Of a stretch of 64,000 nucleotides of DNA, positions 9,467-18,193 are shown piece by piece. How positions within the stretch are numbered: the stretch's first letter is position 1; the number at the start of each line of letters is the position of its first letter. The notes under the pieces were generated by a model. The model did no database searches. It saw only the letters and a list, made by a program, of their open reading frames with translations, and was not told where the DNA came from. The stretch spans positions 4,796-68,795 of the forward strand of contig CAZKOY010000006.1 of assembly GCA_964554495.1 (NCBI GenBank), written 5' to 3'. This DNA comes from an uncultured Myxococcales bacterium (GTDB lineage Bacteria; Myxococcota_A; Polyangia; Palsa-1104; JAEUJZ01). Position numbers and translations under genes: made by a program.

Positions 9467-9850
9467 ATGAAGTTCCCCGAAGATGCGCCAGTCACTCCCG
9501 AGAAGCGTGCAGCCCTGCGCCATCGGCTAGAGGCGCTGCGCATCGACCTGTCGGCGATCGACGAGCAGGCGGTCAAGGGCAGTGGTCCCGGTGGACAGAA
9601 GATGAACAAGACGGCAAGCGGCGTGCTCTTGCGGTACCTGCTGGGAGATGAGCAGCTCGTCGTCAAGTGGCAGCGAGAACGCCAGCATTCGCTGAACCGC
9701 TTCCTGGCTCTGCGCGAGCTGTGTGATGAAGTTGAGGTACGAGTTTCTCCGCAGACAAGCAGACGCCTGCATGCAGAGGCTCGGCGACGAAAGCAGAAAG
9801 ATCGCTCGCGCCGACGAAGCGAGAAAAAGCACGCGAGTTCCTCGGACTAG
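9467..9850 (+). CDS. arfB: Peptidyl-tRNA hydrolase ArfB (class-I release-factor-like ribosome rescue factor)
   Basis: 'GSGPGGQKMNKTASGVLLRY' carries the catalytic GGQ motif in its expected context. There is a basic C-terminal tail (RRRKQKDRSRRRSEKK). Internal Met at ORF index 79. Confidence 0.7.
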   Translation: MKFPEDAPVTPEKRAALRHRLEALRIDLSAIDEQAVKGSGPGGQKMNKTASGVLLRYLLGDEQLVVKWQRERQHSLNRFLALRELCDEVEVRVSPQTSRRLHAEARRRKQKDRSRRRSEKKHASSSD

Positions 9851-9976
9851 CGCCGCTTGGTCGCAGGCTGCTCACGCTGGATTCGTTGTCGCCGCTGACT
9901 CGGGAGGAAACCCGGCAGTTTATGCGCCGATAATATTCGTTAATCGAATTACAATTGCCTCGGAGGCAGTCGGCTC

Positions 9977-12900
9977 ATGTTCGAGACAGCCAGTGCGCAG
10001 CCCATCGGCTTGTTTCAGTCACCCGCGCTCACCGCTCTTGAGCGCCTACTTGCCCGTCTCAGCCTGCGGGCTGGGGACTTGGAGAGTAGGTTTCTCAGTC
10101 GGCAGCAGAGCTTCCTTGATCGCGTGTTTTCGCGCCACTTCGAGGTGATTGGCCTGCCGACGGAACGGTCGGCTTTTTCGTCGCGGGATGTCGAGCCCGT
10201 GTCGCTAAACCTGCCTCAGAGCTGGGTGCCGGCGCCGCGGTCACTGCGTGTGGCCCAGTCGCCCGCTGCGAAGCGAGCCGAGGCTTCGCCTGCAGCGACA
10301 GGTGCTGCGGCTCGACGGACGATCGGGGCTGTGCCGCCTGCAGAGCGGCCTGGCATTCTGCCGGTCGTGGCACCAGAGCCGGCGTTGGCCGTCGGCAGCG
10401 CTGCTCGACAGCCGGATGCTGCGGGTCTCGTCAGGGGCACGCCGAATACAACGGCAGCCTCGACCACACAGTCGATTCTGCCCGCGGCAGCGCGGCGAGA
10501 GCCCGATGCCAGCGTGTCGGCAGAGGCGGTAGCTCCGCTGGCTGCGGTAGCTCCGCTGGCTGCCGAGCGGGCTGCAGAAGTGGCGGCGCCAGAGGTGAGG
10601 CGCGACGCGCCGGCCGAGCCTGGTGCTGATCTGGCTCTGCCGAGCCCGGTTGTTCTGCCTCGCCTGCAGCAGATGATTCCGTTGACGGAAAGCCAGTCCA
10701 TCGGGCTGCCTTCGCAGTCGGACGCGAGCGAGCGCAGCGCAGGCGCAAGCGCAAGCGCACAAGTGGCCGATCCAGCCGCTTCCAGCGTCGAGCCTTCGAC
10801 GGAGCTGCGCGTGCGCGATCTGCTGAACGCCACTGGCAGAGGAACCGTGGCCTCGGCCTCGGTCACCGCGGCGAACCAACCTTCTGCACGGTCTGCGTCA
10901 GTTCGCGATGTCGGAGCCGCTGACGCGACACTTCCAGCCACGGTGGCGCGACAGCCAGCGATGGCCTCGCCGGCATCGAGTTCGGGCGCCTCTGCAGCGC
11001 CACCGACGAGCCTAGGCAAAGCACGCTCATTTTTGCACCTGGGCTGGGCGGACTCTCAGCTCAGTCGCTCGCCGTGGTGGCGGGCCGCGGCGCTACCCAA
11101 TCGCGTCGATCAGGGCGGCAGTGCTGCTGCCTCGTCGATGGTTCCTGCCATGCCGGTCGTTCAAACCCCGGACTTGGCTCCTGTGGCTCGGCGGGCTGCG
11201 GCGGCTGGTGCAGCGGGCTCTGCGAGTCTGCAGCGCCCGACGACACCGCTCGCCAAAGAACGCCCGACTGCGCCATCCCACGTGCCCACGCCATCGGCGG
11301 CGAGCGTTCCTGTCGCGCCGGAAGAGGCAACCCGCAGTTCGTCCGATGCCGCGGTGCCGCCCGTCACTATGTCGTCTGCTGCCGTCGCAGAAACGGCGAC
11401 GCGTACACAAGCGGCTCAGGCTTTGCGACCCCAGGCCCAGGATGCGTTGGCGCGGACCGTACGTTCCGTCGAGCCGCCGACTGAAGCGCCGACTGAAGCG
11501 CCAGAGTTCGAGGCGTCGGCCTCTCATTCGAGCGCCGCGAGCCCGGTGTTGGCTGCCGTGACTGCCTCGCCAACGACCGCCGATGCGGCACCTGCGCTCG
11601 CTGACTTCTCGGCACATGCTGCGGAGTCACGTCGCGCATTCACGCTGCCACAGCCACGGGCGCCGCGCGCTGGGTCGCACGCTGGCATGGGCGAGGCCGT
11701 GCGTCTCGACCCTGGCCTGCTTCCCTCGCACGCGTCTCCAGAGCTCGTCCAGCTCCTCTCTGGGAATCGCGCTCCTCAGGTCACCAGGGCCGCTACGGGT
11801 GTCCCGATGGGTGTCTCGTGGGGGCAGCCCGGCGGACTCTGGACGCAGCCCGCGTGGTCTTCTGCAGGCATCCTGACGCGCTTGGCGCAGCGATCCATCG
11901 TCTCGCAGATGGACCGTTGGCAATCGGCGCCGGGGGTGCCCACGCCGATCGCCCGCTCACTTGCCAGCGCTGAAGCTGGACGGACTTTGCAGCACCCTGC
12001 GTCGCGTGAGCTACCGTGGGTTGCTCCGTCTGTCGTGGCGCGCAATGCCCAGCCGATCGTGAATGGGGCAGATTCGTCTCGGCCGGGGCGAGAGTCTCCG
12101 TCGCTGGAGCGTTCGAATCTGCCGGCAGGGCGAGGTGTGCAGCTCACGCCAACCCATTCTTTCGTCGCTGGTGCCGAGCTGGGCCGCGACGCCGTAGCGC
12201 TGCCCTACGCACAGCCGTGGCGCGAGCCGGGCGGTCTGGGGGCATTAGCCGAGCTGTTTGCGGCGGGGATTGGCATCGGCAGTGGTGCCGCAGCCACGTT
12301 GGCTCAGCACGATGCGGGCGTCCCTGCGCCCTCGCTGCTTGCCGACTGGATTCGTCCGAACTTGACCCGTGCCGCTCCACTTCCTGCGGCAGTCGCGTTC
12401 GGGGTGGATGCTCTATCGCGGGTGTCGACGGCAGCGCTGCCTTGGTTGTCCGCACCGCGGCCTGATTCGCCGACACCACAGCCACGCAGCCTGCAGACCC
12501 TGGCGCCGCGTCCTGCACGCGAGCAGTCAGAATCAGCGACGGGCCGTCCCGCTGCAGTCACTGCCACGCCGCCAATGCTGTCGGCGGCGGCGCGGGCAGT
12601 TGGGGACGTGCCAGATCAGTTCCAAGAACACAGCGTCGTTTCGCTGCTGTCGGGTCAGACCGAGATCGCGACGCCTGCCTCGGGCTATCGCGCGTCCCCG
12701 GCTTTGCCTGCCCTGCAGCTTGGCGGCATCGGCCTTTTGGCGCAGCGCTTCGCCGGAGAGCAGGGCCTGCGCGCGGTCAGCCGTGGCCTACCGCTTCATT
12801 CCGACCCTCAGACATGGGCGGCGGCTCCGGGGCTGCCGACAGCGCTTTCGCAAAACCTGCGGCAGATCGCGGGGCCGGCTGCGTCGGTGATTGGGCGAGC

Positions 12901-15097
12901 CACGACTCAGATGCCGTATCTGGACGTGCTGCCGCAGCGCCGCGCGTCAGGCTCTGGAGTCTCGCTGGCTCCGTCGGGTCTTTCACCGCGCGAGGCCGCG
13001 AGCGTACCTGCTTCAACGCGTGCCGATCGGGCTGCGGCTGTGCCTCCGCTTGTTCCTCAGGCACCGACGGCAGCTCAGGTCGAGACTGCGCACGGCCAGG
13101 CGGCTGCAGTGCCATGGTTTTCACCAGGAGGGGGCGGCACACTGGCCGAGCTCTTTGCCGCCGGCATTGGCATGACCAGCGGTGCGACGGCCTGGCTCGG
13201 GCAACTGGCGACGGGCTCGTCGAGCGGAGTGGTTCCGCCGTGGGTCAGCGCGCTTCTGTCAGGCGTTCCGGCGCCGCAAGCCGCAAGTGATGTGCAGCCT
13301 TCCGTCGCTGGGTCACCGCAGCGTCGCCCGGTATGGTCTGCGTCGCTGCCATGGATCCAGCCGCCGCGGGCCGATGTCGCTTCGGCTCCTGGTTCGATGC
13401 GTTTAGCGACGGAATTACGCACAAATTCATATCCCATGGTCACAGCGTCGCTGCCGAGCGCAGGTCGCACGTCGGTACGTGCTGAGCAGTTTGCTTCGCA
13501 GCAAGGCCTGATCGCCGCTACTGGCGACGCGGGGCGCTACCAGCCTGTCGCGGGCGGCTTGGTCTTTTTGCCATCGCCAGAGGCTGGCCGCGCCGCCAGC
13601 GAGTCTATCGCCAAACCGCAGGCCACCGCGATCCCGACGGCCACTGCGTCGCGAGTGGGCTCGCCGCTGGCTCTTGCCACGGGCCTTGGTGGCTTGGGTC
13701 TGCGCAGCGAGCTGTTTGCCAGGGCCGAGCAAGCTCGCATGTTGGGCGCGGGTGAGCTCATCAGCCAGAGCTTGGGAGGGGCCGAGAACTTCAATCCAGC
13801 GACGGACGAGGGCATGGTTCCCACGGCCGGCGCGGGCAGCTTGCGGGGTGCTGGTGGACTCGTCTATCTGCCACGGACGGCGAACGAGGCGACCACGTCT
13901 GCCACGCAGTCGCCACGGCTTCCGACGGCGGTACCGCCTGCTGCAGCGAAGCCGGCGGCGCGCCGAGTACACGTCTCGCCGCTCAACTTGGCTCAGCCAT
14001 GGCCGACGCTGCCGCGAGAGCTTGGGCGACTGGGGCTGCCATCGCTGGCACTGCCCAAGGCCCAGCCCTCTTTGAGCGCTGTCGCTACGCCGACGGTGAT
14101 GCGCTCGCCTCTGCCTATGGTCTCTGCGACGGCTGCCGCAGCTCCGCGGCTTCCGGCGGGAGGCCTGTCGGTCCTGGGTGGTTCGTCTTTGAAGGCTGCG
14201 CCAGAGGCGGAGCCGCGCCGGGCGACCGTGGCTCCGCGTCAGCCGTATGAGCTGGCGGCTCGCTTTGCGTCATCGATGCTGACGGCGTTTCCGCAGCCGG
14301 ATCGGCCCGCAGCAGCGTCCACAGTCAGCGAGGGGGCCAAGCCAGCGATGCTTTGGCCGCAGACTGCGTCGGCCACGGGTGAGAGGGTACAGCGACTGCT
14401 GGCGATGCTTCCTGCGGTTGTTCCGTCGATGGCTCCTTTGGCTGCCCTCAGTGAGCTAGTCAAGACCAGCGCGGCGGGCAGTGGCGTGGGGATGCCTCTG
14501 TGGCAGCGCCTGCCGTCTTCCCCTGCGCTGTCGCTTTTCGCTGGCACCAAAGCGGTAGAGCGCTCGTCCGACGACAGCCATGACGACGCAGAAGACGATG
14601 ACGAGACGAGTCGACCTTCGCTGACCCTGGTGTCCGGTGATCAGCCTGGAAATGCTCGCTCGCGCCGCGCCGCGCCGACGCCGAGTGTCTCGACGGCGAA
14701 GCCGGCCGCTCCGCCTCCTGTGGAAGTGTTCAAGGCGGCGCTCTCAGCAAGTGGCATCAGTCGCGAACAGGTCGAGGCCTCGGCAAAGCTCATGCAGGCC
14801 ATGGGCGGGGCCAGCGGTGGATCGAGCGGACGCAGCGACGATCGACTTTCGCTGGATGACTTGACCCTGGTGGCGATCTCGATGGGGCAGGGGCGCATGG
14901 CTGCGTCACAGAACGCCGCGCTGACTTCGATTCCCAGCGTCGAGTCGGCGCTTCGCCTGCCATCCGTGCAGCATCCGACGGTGAGCCAAGACGACAAGGA
15001 CGTGCGCAAGAAGATCGACACGATGGCGGATTCCGTCATCAAGATGATCAAGCAGATGAAAGACAACCAAGCGATTCGCGGCGGCTTCGATATGTAG
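9977..15097 (+). CDS. Giant (1706 aa) Ala/Pro/Ser-rich low-complexity protein of unknown function
   Basis: Uninterrupted 5.1-kb ORF with codon usage like the neighbouring genes. The N-terminal roughly 80 aa and C-terminal roughly 150 aa are of normal composition (ending '...DDKDVRKKIDTMADSVIKMIKQMKDNQAIRGGFDM'). Internal motif 'GG[LT]GALAELFAAGIG[IM]xSGA' is repeated with synonymous nucleotide divergence. No signal peptide and no catalytic motif recognised. Confidence 0.55.
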   Translation: MFETASAQPIGLFQSPALTALERLLARLSLRAGDLESRFLSRQQSFLDRVFSRHFEVIGLPTERSAFSSRDVEPVSLNLPQSWVPAPRSLRVAQSPAAKRAEASPAATGAAARRTIGAVPPAERPGILPVVAPEPALAVGSAARQPDAAGLVRGTPNTTAASTTQSILPAAARREPDASVSAEAVAPLAAVAPLAAERAAEVAAPEVRRDAPAEPGADLALPSPVVLPRLQQMIPLTESQSIGLPSQSDASERSAGASASAQVADPAASSVEPSTELRVRDLLNATGRGTVASASVTAANQPSARSASVRDVGAADATLPATVARQPAMASPASSSGASAAPPTSLGKARSFLHLGWADSQLSRSPWWRAAALPNRVDQGGSAAASSMVPAMPVVQTPDLAPVARRAAAAGAAGSASLQRPTTPLAKERPTAPSHVPTPSAASVPVAPEEATRSSSDAAVPPVTMSSAAVAETATRTQAAQALRPQAQDALARTVRSVEPPTEAPTEAPEFEASASHSSAASPVLAAVTASPTTADAAPALADFSAHAAESRRAFTLPQPRAPRAGSHAGMGEAVRLDPGLLPSHASPELVQLLSGNRAPQVTRAATGVPMGVSWGQPGGLWTQPAWSSAGILTRLAQRSIVSQMDRWQSAPGVPTPIARSLASAEAGRTLQHPASRELPWVAPSVVARNAQPIVNGADSSRPGRESPSLERSNLPAGRGVQLTPTHSFVAGAELGRDAVALPYAQPWREPGGLGALAELFAAGIGIGSGAAATLAQHDAGVPAPSLLADWIRPNLTRAAPLPAAVAFGVDALSRVSTAALPWLSAPRPDSPTPQPRSLQTLAPRPAREQSESATGRPAAVTATPPMLSAAARAVGDVPDQFQEHSVVSLLSGQTEIATPASGYRASPALPALQLGGIGLLAQRFAGEQGLRAVSRGLPLHSDPQTWAAAPGLPTALSQNLRQIAGPAASVIGRATTQMPYLDVLPQRRASGSGVSLAPSGLSPREAASVPASTRADRAAAVPPLVPQAPTAAQVETAHGQAAAVPWFSPGGGGTLAELFAAGIGMTSGATAWLGQLATGSSSGVVPPWVSALLSGVPAPQAASDVQPSVAGSPQRRPVWSASLPWIQPPRADVASAPGSMRLATELRTNSYPMVTASLPSAGRTSVRAEQFASQQGLIAATGDAGRYQPVAGGLVFLPSPEAGRAASESIAKPQATAIPTATASRVGSPLALATGLGGLGLRSELFARAEQARMLGAGELISQSLGGAENFNPATDEGMVPTAGAGSLRGAGGLVYLPRTANEATTSATQSPRLPTAVPPAAAKPAARRVHVSPLNLAQPWPTLPRELGRLGLPSLALPKAQPSLSAVATPTVMRSPLPMVSATAAAAPRLPAGGLSVLGGSSLKAAPEAEPRRATVAPRQPYELAARFASSMLTAFPQPDRPAAASTVSEGAKPAMLWPQTASATGERVQRLLAMLPAVVPSMAPLAALSELVKTSAAGSGVGMPLWQRLPSSPALSLFAGTKAVERSSDDSHDDAEDDDETSRPSLTLVSGDQPGNARSRRAAPTPSVSTAKPAAPPPVEVFKAALSASGISREQVEASAKLMQAMGGASGGSSGRSDDRLSLDDLTLVAISMGQGRMAASQNAALTSIPSVESALRLPSVQHPTVSQDDKDVRKKIDTMADSVIKMIKQMKDNQAIRGGFDM
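10526..10561 (+). repeat. Perfect 18-bp tandem duplication (gcggtagctccgctggct x2) inside the giant ORF, in frame (AVAPLA x2)
   Basis: Seen directly in the sequence. A second perfect 12-bp duplication (ccgactgaagcg x2, 'PTEAPTEA') lies at about 11477-11500. Confidence 0.8.
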
Positions 15098-15144
15098 CTC
15101 TGTCTGCAGTCTGTGCCTCGAAGCGTCCTCGGTCTTATCGCTTT

Positions 15145-17142
15145 TTGCTGCCCCACTTCCTGCCGCGACTTCATGCCACAATGCGACGCATGCATGGTCC
15201 AAACGAGGCTCACGCACGAGCCGTTTCTTGTCGACGAGCCGGGCATCTCGGCATAGCTCTCGCCACGGCGGCAGTTTGTGGGGGGCTGGCTGCTGAGCCA
15301 ATGGCGCTGGCTCAGCTTGTGGCGCCGTCACCGGCTAGCGTTCTGCGAGTCCACGCCCGCAGCCTGGACGCCACGCTGCAGATCTTGCGCACCTATCTGC
15401 CCATTCCGCTGAAGCCCGAGGCGGCGCTGGATAGCTTGCTAGGTGTGTTGGGGTCGCAGGTCGTGCTGTCCGCCCCCGCTGACCTGGTGGTCGCTCTGGA
15501 CCAGAAGTCCGTCGACAATCCTGCGCCCCCGCAGTGGGTCATTGCCTGCACGCTGCGCAGTCTGGACGAGGCGCGCAAGGTGGCAGCCAGCGCCAATCTA
15601 TCGATGGAAAATCAAGGCAAGTGGACTCGTCTGCAGCTGTATGCAGGGGGCGACACTTGGCGCTGCTTGCTGGGTCCAGACGGGGGCGGCGCGGCCCGCT
15701 TGGCCTGTGGCCAAAGCGAGCGCAGTCGCGACGAGCTTGCGCCCTATGCGGTGACCCTGGCTCCGCTGCGCATCAAGAGCGATCTGCGTGCTGAGCTTTC
15801 CGTCGAGACGCTGGTGCGGACGTATGAAGGGCTGCTCCAGCGCGGGCTGCAGATGGCTTCGATCTTGGCGCCGCAGAAGCTGCAGCTTGGCAATCCGATG
15901 TTTGATCGCGGCCTGACCGACTTGACGCAGACGCTGGTCGGCCAAGTGGGACACATGGCAGCGGATCTGCGGCAGCTTGCCCTGGATATCAGTCTGACCA
16001 ACACCGGGGCCGAGGCGATGCTGGCGTATCAGCTAGGCAGCGAGACCTCGTGGTGGGGGCAGGCGGACGCGCTGGCTGCGCAGCAGTCGACCACGGAGAC
16101 TCCGTCGATCTTCTGGGCCCTGCCCAAGGACGCGGGCTCTGCGTCGTTTGCGGTCAGCGAGCTTCGCTATGGACAGCAGTTGCTGAAGCTGCTGCAGCCT
16201 CTGATCGACGGTTTTTTGACCCATGACGGGCTGGCCGCGGCGGATCGGCAAGCGCTATCCGATCTGCTGCATGGTGTTCCGATGGCGAGCGGGCGCCTGA
16301 CGACAGCAGTTGCCGAAGTCGCTGTTGCTGGGGCTGATACACAGCCTCGCGGTGAGCGGGTCGACTGGCAGCAGCTCTTGGCGGGCAGCGTGTACTTGCT
16401 GACCAGTGATGGCGCGGACCGTCTCGCGGTGTCGTGGCTGCAAAGCGTCGTCGCGGCGTACAAGCGACCGGGCGTGCAAGCGTACATGCGCGCGAAGTGG
16501 AAACTGCTCGGCATCCGTGAGCCGCTGCCCGTCTTGCGCGTTCAACCAGCCGGCAAGCCGCTTGGACCGGGAGCACAGTGGTTCTCGCTGAGCCTGTCTT
16601 TGCCTGCTGGTCTGGACAAGGGGGCGCTCGGTCGAGGGCAAGTTGCCTCCGCGTCGCCCAAGCCCGCGCCAAAAGCGACGCCGATCGTGCTGCATCTGCT
16701 GACCGCCGAGCAAGGTGGCCGAACCTGGATGGCGGCTGGCAGTGATCCCAGGCTGCTTGCCACGCGGCTCAGTGAACAGCTGAGCATTGCGAGCGAGCGC
16801 TCGCTGATGCCGCGACCGGATCTCGAAGCGCTGCGGCAACCGGGGCTGCGCAGTGGTGGCTTCACGACGCTGCGCAGCCTGGCGCGTTACCTCGAAGGGG
16901 CGATGAGCCTTTCGCGTCGACGGAGCACGCGCTCAGCGGATGGAAACGTTGCCGCCTCGGACATCGCGTCCATCTTCAACCGGCTGCCGCACCACGGCGA
17001 AACCACCGTGGTCCATTTCTCGCGTGTGCGGCGCACGATCGTTGCTGGCGACGGCGGGCCGCTGATCGGCGAGTGGACCGTACGCATTCCGCGAACCGCC
17101 CTCGAAGACCTCGTGGCTTTGGCTATGCACCTGGCGATGTAG
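15145..17142 (+). CDS. Hypothetical secreted protein (665 aa), probably co-transcribed with the giant ORF
   Basis: It starts 48 bp after the giant ORF on the same strand. An N-terminal hydrophobic segment 'GIALATAAVCGGLAAEPMALAQLVAPSPA' suggests export. No known motif recognised. Confidence 0.5.
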   Translation: MLPHFLPRLHATMRRMHGPNEAHARAVSCRRAGHLGIALATAAVCGGLAAEPMALAQLVAPSPASVLRVHARSLDATLQILRTYLPIPLKPEAALDSLLGVLGSQVVLSAPADLVVALDQKSVDNPAPPQWVIACTLRSLDEARKVAASANLSMENQGKWTRLQLYAGGDTWRCLLGPDGGGAARLACGQSERSRDELAPYAVTLAPLRIKSDLRAELSVETLVRTYEGLLQRGLQMASILAPQKLQLGNPMFDRGLTDLTQTLVGQVGHMAADLRQLALDISLTNTGAEAMLAYQLGSETSWWGQADALAAQQSTTETPSIFWALPKDAGSASFAVSELRYGQQLLKLLQPLIDGFLTHDGLAAADRQALSDLLHGVPMASGRLTTAVAEVAVAGADTQPRGERVDWQQLLAGSVYLLTSDGADRLAVSWLQSVVAAYKRPGVQAYMRAKWKLLGIREPLPVLRVQPAGKPLGPGAQWFSLSLSLPAGLDKGALGRGQVASASPKPAPKATPIVLHLLTAEQGGRTWMAAGSDPRLLATRLSEQLSIASERSLMPRPDLEALRQPGLRSGGFTTLRSLARYLEGAMSLSRRRSTRSADGNVAASDIASIFNRLPHHGETTVVHFSRVRRTIVAGDGGPLIGEWTVRIPRTALEDLVALAMHLAM

Positions 17143-18175
17143 GCAGAAGCTGCGGCAGCGTTCGCACGTCGACATTGCCACCGCACAACAGGGCCACTAC
17201 CCGTCGGCCAGCCAGCGGGATTCGCCCACTTAGGGCGGCGGCTGTCGCGAGCGCACCGGTCGGCTCAACAAGCTGCTTGGTGCGCGTCAGAATCCGCTCT
17301 AGCGCGTGGCGAATCTCATCTTCACTGACGGTAACAATGTCGTCGAGAAGAGCCCGCATGATGGGGAACGTGTGCTGCCCGATGGCCTGCGTTGCGACGC
17401 CGTCGGCGATCGTCTTGGGCTGCGCAATCCGCACAATGCGGTCCGCCTGCAGCGACCTGCGGGCGTCGTCCGCCAGTTCGGGCTCGACGCCAATTACGGA
17501 AATGGTGGGTCGAAAGGCTTTTAGCGCCAGCGCAATACCGCTGATGAGTCCGCCGCCTCCGACGGGCACCAGGGCGACTTCCAGATCCGGCCACTGCTTG
17601 ATGAGCTCGTGACCGATCGTGCCTTGCCCCGCAATCACCCACGGATCGTCGAAGGGCGGAACCAGCGTGCGGCCCTGCTCGACGGAGAGTCGGCGCGCGA
17701 TGGCCTCGCGATCTTCCGTGTCGCGATCGTACAGCACGATCTCGGCGCCGTACCCGCGGGTCGCGGCAAGCTTCACCTGTGGGGCATCGCGGGGCATCAC
17801 GATCGTCGCTGAAAGGCCCAAGAGCTTGGCTGCTAGAGCAAGTCCTTGCGCGTGGTTTCCTGAGGAAAACGCGACGACACCTGCCTGCTTTTCGGCATCC
17901 GACAGGGTCAGCAAGCGATTCAGTGCGCCGCGAACCTTGAATGACCCGCTGCGCTGCATGTGCTCGCCCTTTAGGCGCAGGTCGCAGCCGCTTGCCTCGG
18001 ACAAAGCGCGCGAGGTGAGGAGAGGCGTCACGTGGACGAAGCGAGCGATGCGCAGAGCAGCCGCAGCGACATCCGCGGGGGTAACCGGCAGCGTCGAAAG
18101 CGCCGCTGGCAAGCGCACAGCCGGGCCGAGAGTACCGAGGTCAGCCATCACAGTTCCCAAGGTGAAGGGCTTCAT
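17123..18175 (-). CDS. Threonine dehydratase / threonine ammonia-lyase (PLP-dependent, fold type II)
   Basis: PLP-lysine motif 'SGSFKVRGALN' and glycine loop 'VPVGGGGLISG'. Without a C-terminal ACT domain its length fits the catabolic/short type. Start at Met 18175 or 18148. Confidence 0.8.
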   Translation of the reverse strand: MKPFTLGTVMADLGTLGPAVRLPAALSTLPVTPADVAAAALRIARFVHVTPLLTSRALSEASGCDLRLKGEHMQRSGSFKVRGALNRLLTLSDAEKQAGVVAFSSGNHAQGLALAAKLLGLSATIVMPRDAPQVKLAATRGYGAEIVLYDRDTEDREAIARRLSVEQGRTLVPPFDDPWVIAGQGTIGHELIKQWPDLEVALVPVGGGGLISGIALALKAFRPTISVIGVEPELADDARRSLQADRIVRIAQPKTIADGVATQAIGQHTFPIMRALLDDIVTVSEDEIRHALERILTRTKQLVEPTGALATAAALSGRIPLAGRRVVALLCGGNVDVRTLPQLLPTSPGA

Positions 18176-18193
18176 GGTATAGCGCAGGCCGTC

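Noticed and set aside
9895-9925. Putative rho-independent terminator after arfB (CGGG-aggaaa-CCCG then gcagtttat)
   Set aside because: The stem is only 4 bp and the U-tract is poor, so it was not annotated as a terminator.
10216-11019. 267-aa ORF (and several others from 10095 to 14550) on the minus strand, antisense to the giant ORF
   Set aside because: Arg/Ala/Ser-rich translations with no motif, typical of high-GC antisense frames. The plus-strand frame is supported by amino-acid-level repeat conservation.
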